Positions 29,901 to 35,900 of a stretch of 64,000 bases of DNA are shown here, one piece after another (positions within the stretch are counted from its first letter, which is position 1; every line of letters begins with the position of its first letter). The notes below the pieces were generated by a model. It saw only the letters and a list, made by a program, of their open reading frames with translations, ran no database searches and had not been told where the DNA came from. Location of the stretch: contig JBBPEB010000003.1 in the NCBI GenBank assembly GCA_039096225.1, positions 558,001-622,000 on the forward strand, written 5' to 3'. This stretch comes from Blastocystis sp. Blastoise. Lineage: Eukaryota > Protista > Bigyra: Opalinata. The position numbers were made by a program, and so were the translations under genes.

Positions 29901-32900
29901 GAATGAAATGTCCTGAAGATGTTTATGATGGTAAGACTTATGAATCAACTCCTACTAATACACATATTTCAATTCCATGTGGTGAAGGATTTATTGGTAC
30001 TTATGAAAGATTCTGTAATTTAGATAAGACATGGTCTGATCCAGTTGATCATTGTACATCTACTAATGTTGTTTGTATACCTAGTATAACAGAAATTAAT
30101 ATAGTTAGATTACAACCTGTTCCTGAATATACTATTAGTTGTAATAGTGAAATAATAGAATCTTATTCTATTAATTCAGAATTACCTGATGGTTTAGTAT
30201 TTAATAGTGAAACTGGTATAATATCTGGTATTCCTACAACAACATTAATACCATCTACTAAATTTATAATAAGTGTAAATACTCCTTTAGTTGGTGGTTA
30301 TGAAATGAATGTAATAATAAATGAATTATATTGTGATGTTGATGGTGAATGGAATTTTGCTGTTGCTGGTACAACTGCTACACATGAATGTGATTCTCTT
30401 AAAGAAGGTAGTATTACTAGAGTATGTAATAATGTATATCCTGCTACATGGGAAGATGAAGAAAATACATGTAAATATAAAGCTCCTACTATTAGTTATG
30501 ATGAAAGTAGTTATATTTGGTATAGAAAGACATCTGAAATTAATATAATGCCTACTATAGGAAATTATGTATCATCTTATACTATTAGCCCTGAATTACC
30601 ATCTGGATTAGTATTTAATAGTGAAAATGGTTCTATTAGTGGTACTCCTTTAATTTATTCTGCTATTACTGAATATACTATTACTGCTATTAATGAAGAT
30701 AAATCTGGTAGTGTAATTATTGCTATTACAATTCTTAATAAGATATGTGATGCTACTGAAGATGGTAAATATGAAGAAAGTGTTGCTGGTACAAAGATAG
30801 AATTATCTTGTCCTGAAAGTGAATTATATAGTGGTTTAATATCTCGTGAATGTATTGATAATGATAATAGTTATTGGAGTGAAATTACTAATACATGTAC
30901 TAGAAATACATGTAATAGTATAACTGAAGATGATGATCTTATATGGGATATTACTCCTACTGATACAACAGCAACTAAATCATGTGATGAAGGATTAGAA
31001 GGTAGTATAACAAAGAAATGTAATTTAGATGGTACATGGTCTGATACTATTAATACTTGTGGATTACCTACTATTGATTGTACTATTAGTACTTCTGAAA
31101 TTACTATTGTAAGATTACAACCTATTCCTACTTATACTATTACTTGTAATAAACCTATTACTACATTTACTATTAATCCTATTATTTCTGATATTGAAAC
31201 ATTATCATTTAATTCTGAAACTGGTATTATTTCTGGATATTATACTTCTGTAATATCTAAACAAACATATACTATTCAACCTGTTGGTTATAGTGGTAGT
31301 GTATCTTTATCATTAACTATAAATGAATTATATTGTAATGTTGATGGTGAATGGTCTGAAACTGTTGCTGGTACAAGTGCTGTTCATGAATGTGATTCTC
31401 TTAAAGAAGGTAGTATAACAAGATTATGTAATAATGAATATCCTGCTAGTTGGTCTGAATCAATTATTAATACATGTACTTATAAAGCTCCTACTATTAG
31501 TTATGATGAAAGTAGTTATATTTGGTATAGAAAGACATCTAATGTAAATATAATGCCTACTATTGAAAATTATGTATCATCTTATACTATTAGTCCTGAA
31601 TTACCATCTGGATTAGTATTTAATAATGAAAATGGTTCTATTAGTGGTACTCCTTTAATTTATTCTCCTCTTGTTGAATATACTATTACTGCTATTAATG
31701 AAGATAAATCTGGTAATGTTAAATTATCTATTACAATTCTTAATAAGATATGTGATGCTACAGAAGATGGTTATGAAGAAACTACTAGTGGTAATTCATT
31801 TAGTATTCCTTGTGAAAATAATGAATTATATGAAGGTTCTATTACTCGTGAATGTATTGATAATGATAATAGTTATTGGAGTACTGAAACTGATAGTTGT
31901 ATAAGAATGAAATGTCCTGAAGATGTTTATGATGGTAAGACTTATGAATCAACTCCTACTAATACACATATTTCAATTCCATGTGGTGAAGGATTTATTG
32001 GTACTTATGAAAGATTCTGTAATTTAGATAAGACATGGTCTGATCCAGTTGATCATTGTACATCTACTAATGTTGTTTGTATACCTAGTATAACAGAAAT
32101 TAATATAGTTAGATTACAACCTGTTCCTGAATATACTATTAGTTGTAATAGTGAAATAATAGAATCTTATTCTATTAATTCAGAATTACCTGATGGTTTA
32201 GTATTTAATAGTGAAACTGGTATAATATCTGGTATTCCTACAACAACATTAATACCATCTACTAAATTTATAATAAGTGTAAATACTCCTTTAGTTGGTG
32301 GTTATGAAATGAATGTAATAATAAATGAATTATATTGTGATGTTGATGGTGAATGGAATTTTGCTGTTGCTGGTACAACTGCTACACATGAATGTGATTC
32401 TCTTAAAGAAGGTAGTATTACTAGAGTATGTAATAATGTATATCCTGCTACATGGGAAGATGAAGAAAATACATGTAAATATAAAGCTCCTACTATTAGT
32501 TATGATGAAAGTAGTTATATTTGGTATAGAAAGACATCTGAAATTAATATAATGCCTACTATAGGAAATTATGTATCATCTTATACTATTAGCCCTGAAT
32601 TACCATCTGGATTAGTATTTAATAGTGAAAATGGTTCTATTAGTGGTACTCCTTTAATTTATTCTGCTATTACTGAATATACTATTACTGCTATTAATGA
32701 AGATAAATCTGGTAGTGTAATTATTGCTATTACAATTCTTAATAAGATATGTGATGCTACTGAAGATGGTAAATATGAAGAAAGTGTTGCTGGTACAAAG
32801 ATAGAATTATCTTGTCCTGAAAGTGAATTATATAGTGGTTTAATATCTCGTGAATGTATTGATAATGATAATAGTTATTGGAGTGAAATTACTAATACAT

Positions 32901-35900
32901 GTACTAGAAATACATGTAATAGTATAACTGAAGATGATGATCTTATATGGGATATTACTCCTACTGATACAACAGCAACTAAATCATGTGATGAAGGATT
33001 AGAAGGTAGTATAACAAAGAAATGTAATTTAGATGGTACATGGTCTGATACTATTAATACTTGTGGATTACCTACTATTGATTGTACTATTAGTACTTCT
33101 GAAATTACTATTGTAAGATTACAACCTATTCCTACTTATACTATTACTTGTAATAAACCTATTACTACATTTACTATTAATCCTATTATTTCTGATATTG
33201 AAACATTATCATTTAATTCTGAAACTGGTATTATTTCTGGATATTATACTTCTGTAATATCTAAACAAACATATACTATTCAACCTGTTGGTTATAGTGG
33301 TAGTGTATCTTTATCATTAACTATAAATGAATTATATTGTAATGTTGATGGTGAATGGTCTGAAACTGTTGCTGGTACAAGTGCTGTTCATGAATGTGAT
33401 TCTCTTAAAGAAGGTAGTATAACAAGATTATGTAATAATGAATATCCTGCTAGTTGGTCTGAATCAATTATTAATACATGTACTTATAAAGCTCCTACTA
33501 TTAGTTATGATGAAAGTAGTTATATTTGGTATAGAAAGACATCTAATGTAAATATAATGCCTACTATTGAAAATTATGTATCATCTTATACTATTAGTCC
33601 TGAATTACCATCTGGATTAGTATTTAATAATGAAAATGGTTCTATTAGTGGTACTCCTTTAATTTATTCTCCTCTTGTTGAATATACTATTACTGCTATT
33701 AATGAAGATAAATCTGGTAATGTTAAATTATCTATTACAATTCTTAATAAGATATGTGATGCTACAGAAGATGGTTATGAAGAAACTACTAGTGGTAATT
33801 CATTTAGTATTCCTTGTGAAAATAATGAATTATATGAAGGTTCTATTACTCGTGAATGTATTGATAATGATAATAGTTATTGGAGTACTGAAACTGATAG
33901 TTGTATAAGAATGAAATGTCCTGAAGATGTTTATGATGGTAAGACTTATGAATCAACTCCTACTAATACACATATTTCAATTCCATGTGGTGAAGGATTT
34001 ATTGGTACTTATGAAAGATTCTGTAATTTAGATAAGACATGGTCTGATCCAGTTGATCATTGTACATCTACTAATGTTGTTTGTATACCTAGTATAACAG
34101 AAATTAATATAGTTAGATTACAACCTGTTCCTGAATATACTATTAGTTGTAATAGTGAAATAATAGAATCTTATTCTATTAATTCAGAATTACCTGATGG
34201 TTTAGTATTTAATAGTGAAACTGGTATAATATCTGGTATTCCTACAACAACATTAATACCATCTACTAAATTTATAATAAGTGTAAATACTCCTTTAGTT
34301 GGTGGTTATGAAATGAATGTAATAATAAATGAATTATATTGTGATGTTGATGGTGAATGGAATTTTGCTGTTGCTGGTACAACTGCTACACATGAATGTG
34401 ATTCTCTTAAAGAAGGTAGTATTACTAGAGTATGTAATAATGTATATCCTGCTACATGGGAAGATGAAGAAAATACATGTAAATATAAAGCTCCTACTAT
34501 TAGTTATGATGAAAGTAGTTATATTTGGTATAGAAAGACATCTGAAATTAATATAATGCCTACTATAGGAAATTATGTATCATCTTATACTATTAGCCCT
34601 GAATTACCATCTGGATTAGTATTTAATAGTGAAAATGGTTCTATTAGTGGTACTCCTTTAATTTATTCTGCTATTACTGAATATACTATTACTGCTATTA
34701 ATGAAGATAAATCTGGTAGTGTAATTATTGCTATTACAATTCTTAATAAGATATGTGATGCTACTGAAGATGGTAAATATGAAGAAAGTGTTGCTGGTAC
34801 AAAGATAGAATTATCTTGTCCTGAAAGTGAATTATATAGTGGTTTAATATCTCGTGAATGTATTGATAATGATAATAGTTATTGGAGTGAAATTACTAAT
34901 ACATGTACTAGAAATACATGTAATAGTATAACTGAAGATGATGATCTTATATGGGATATTACTCCTACTGATACAACAGCAACTAAATCATGTGATGAAG
35001 GATTAGAAGGTAGTATAACAAAGAAATGTAATTTAGATGGTACATGGTCTGATACTATTAATACTTGTGGATTACCTACTATTGATTGTACTATTAGTAC
35101 TTCTGAAATTACTATTGTAAGATTACAACCTATTCCTACTTATACTATTACTTGTAATAAACCTATTACTACATTTACAACTGATTTCGAATTACCTAAT
35201 AATGTTGTTTTTAATTCTGAAACTGGTATTATTTCTGGTATACCTCAAGCTACTCTTTCTTATACTTTAATTACTATTCAACCTGTTGGTTTCGTTGGTA
35301 GTGTATCTTTATCATTAACTGTAAATGAATTATATTGTGATGTTGATGGTGAATGGTCTGAAACTGTTGCTGGTACAAGTGCTACACATGAATGTGATTC
35401 TCTTAAAGAAGGTAGTATTACTAGAATTTGTCTTAATGAATATCCTGCTAGTTGGTCTGAATCAATTATTAATACATGTACTTATAAAGCTCCTACTATT
35501 AGTTATTTATATGATACTTATACATATCAACGTTTACTTTCTAAAGTATCATTGGTTCCTGTTCTTGGTAATCATATTAGTTCTATTACTATTAGTCCTG
35601 AATTACCATCTGGATTAGTATTTAATAATGAAGATGGTTCTATTAGTGGTACTCCTTTAATTTATTCTCCTCTTGTTGAATATACTATTACTGCTATTAA
35701 TGAAGATAAATCCACTAGTTATATTTTGAAGATTAAAGTAGTTAATACAATTTGTGATGCTGATATTGAAAATGGCTGGCCACTTACTTATGCTAATAAT
35801 GTTGCTACTAAGTCATGTTCTGATGAACTATTTGTAGGTTCTATTACTCGTGAATGTATTCAAAGTGATAATAGTTATTGGGGTGATATTCAAGATACAT

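Noticed and set aside
29471-35178. CRISPR-like array or tandem transposon copies
   Set aside because: The repeats are contiguous, in frame and protein-coding, with no spacers, TIRs or LTRs.
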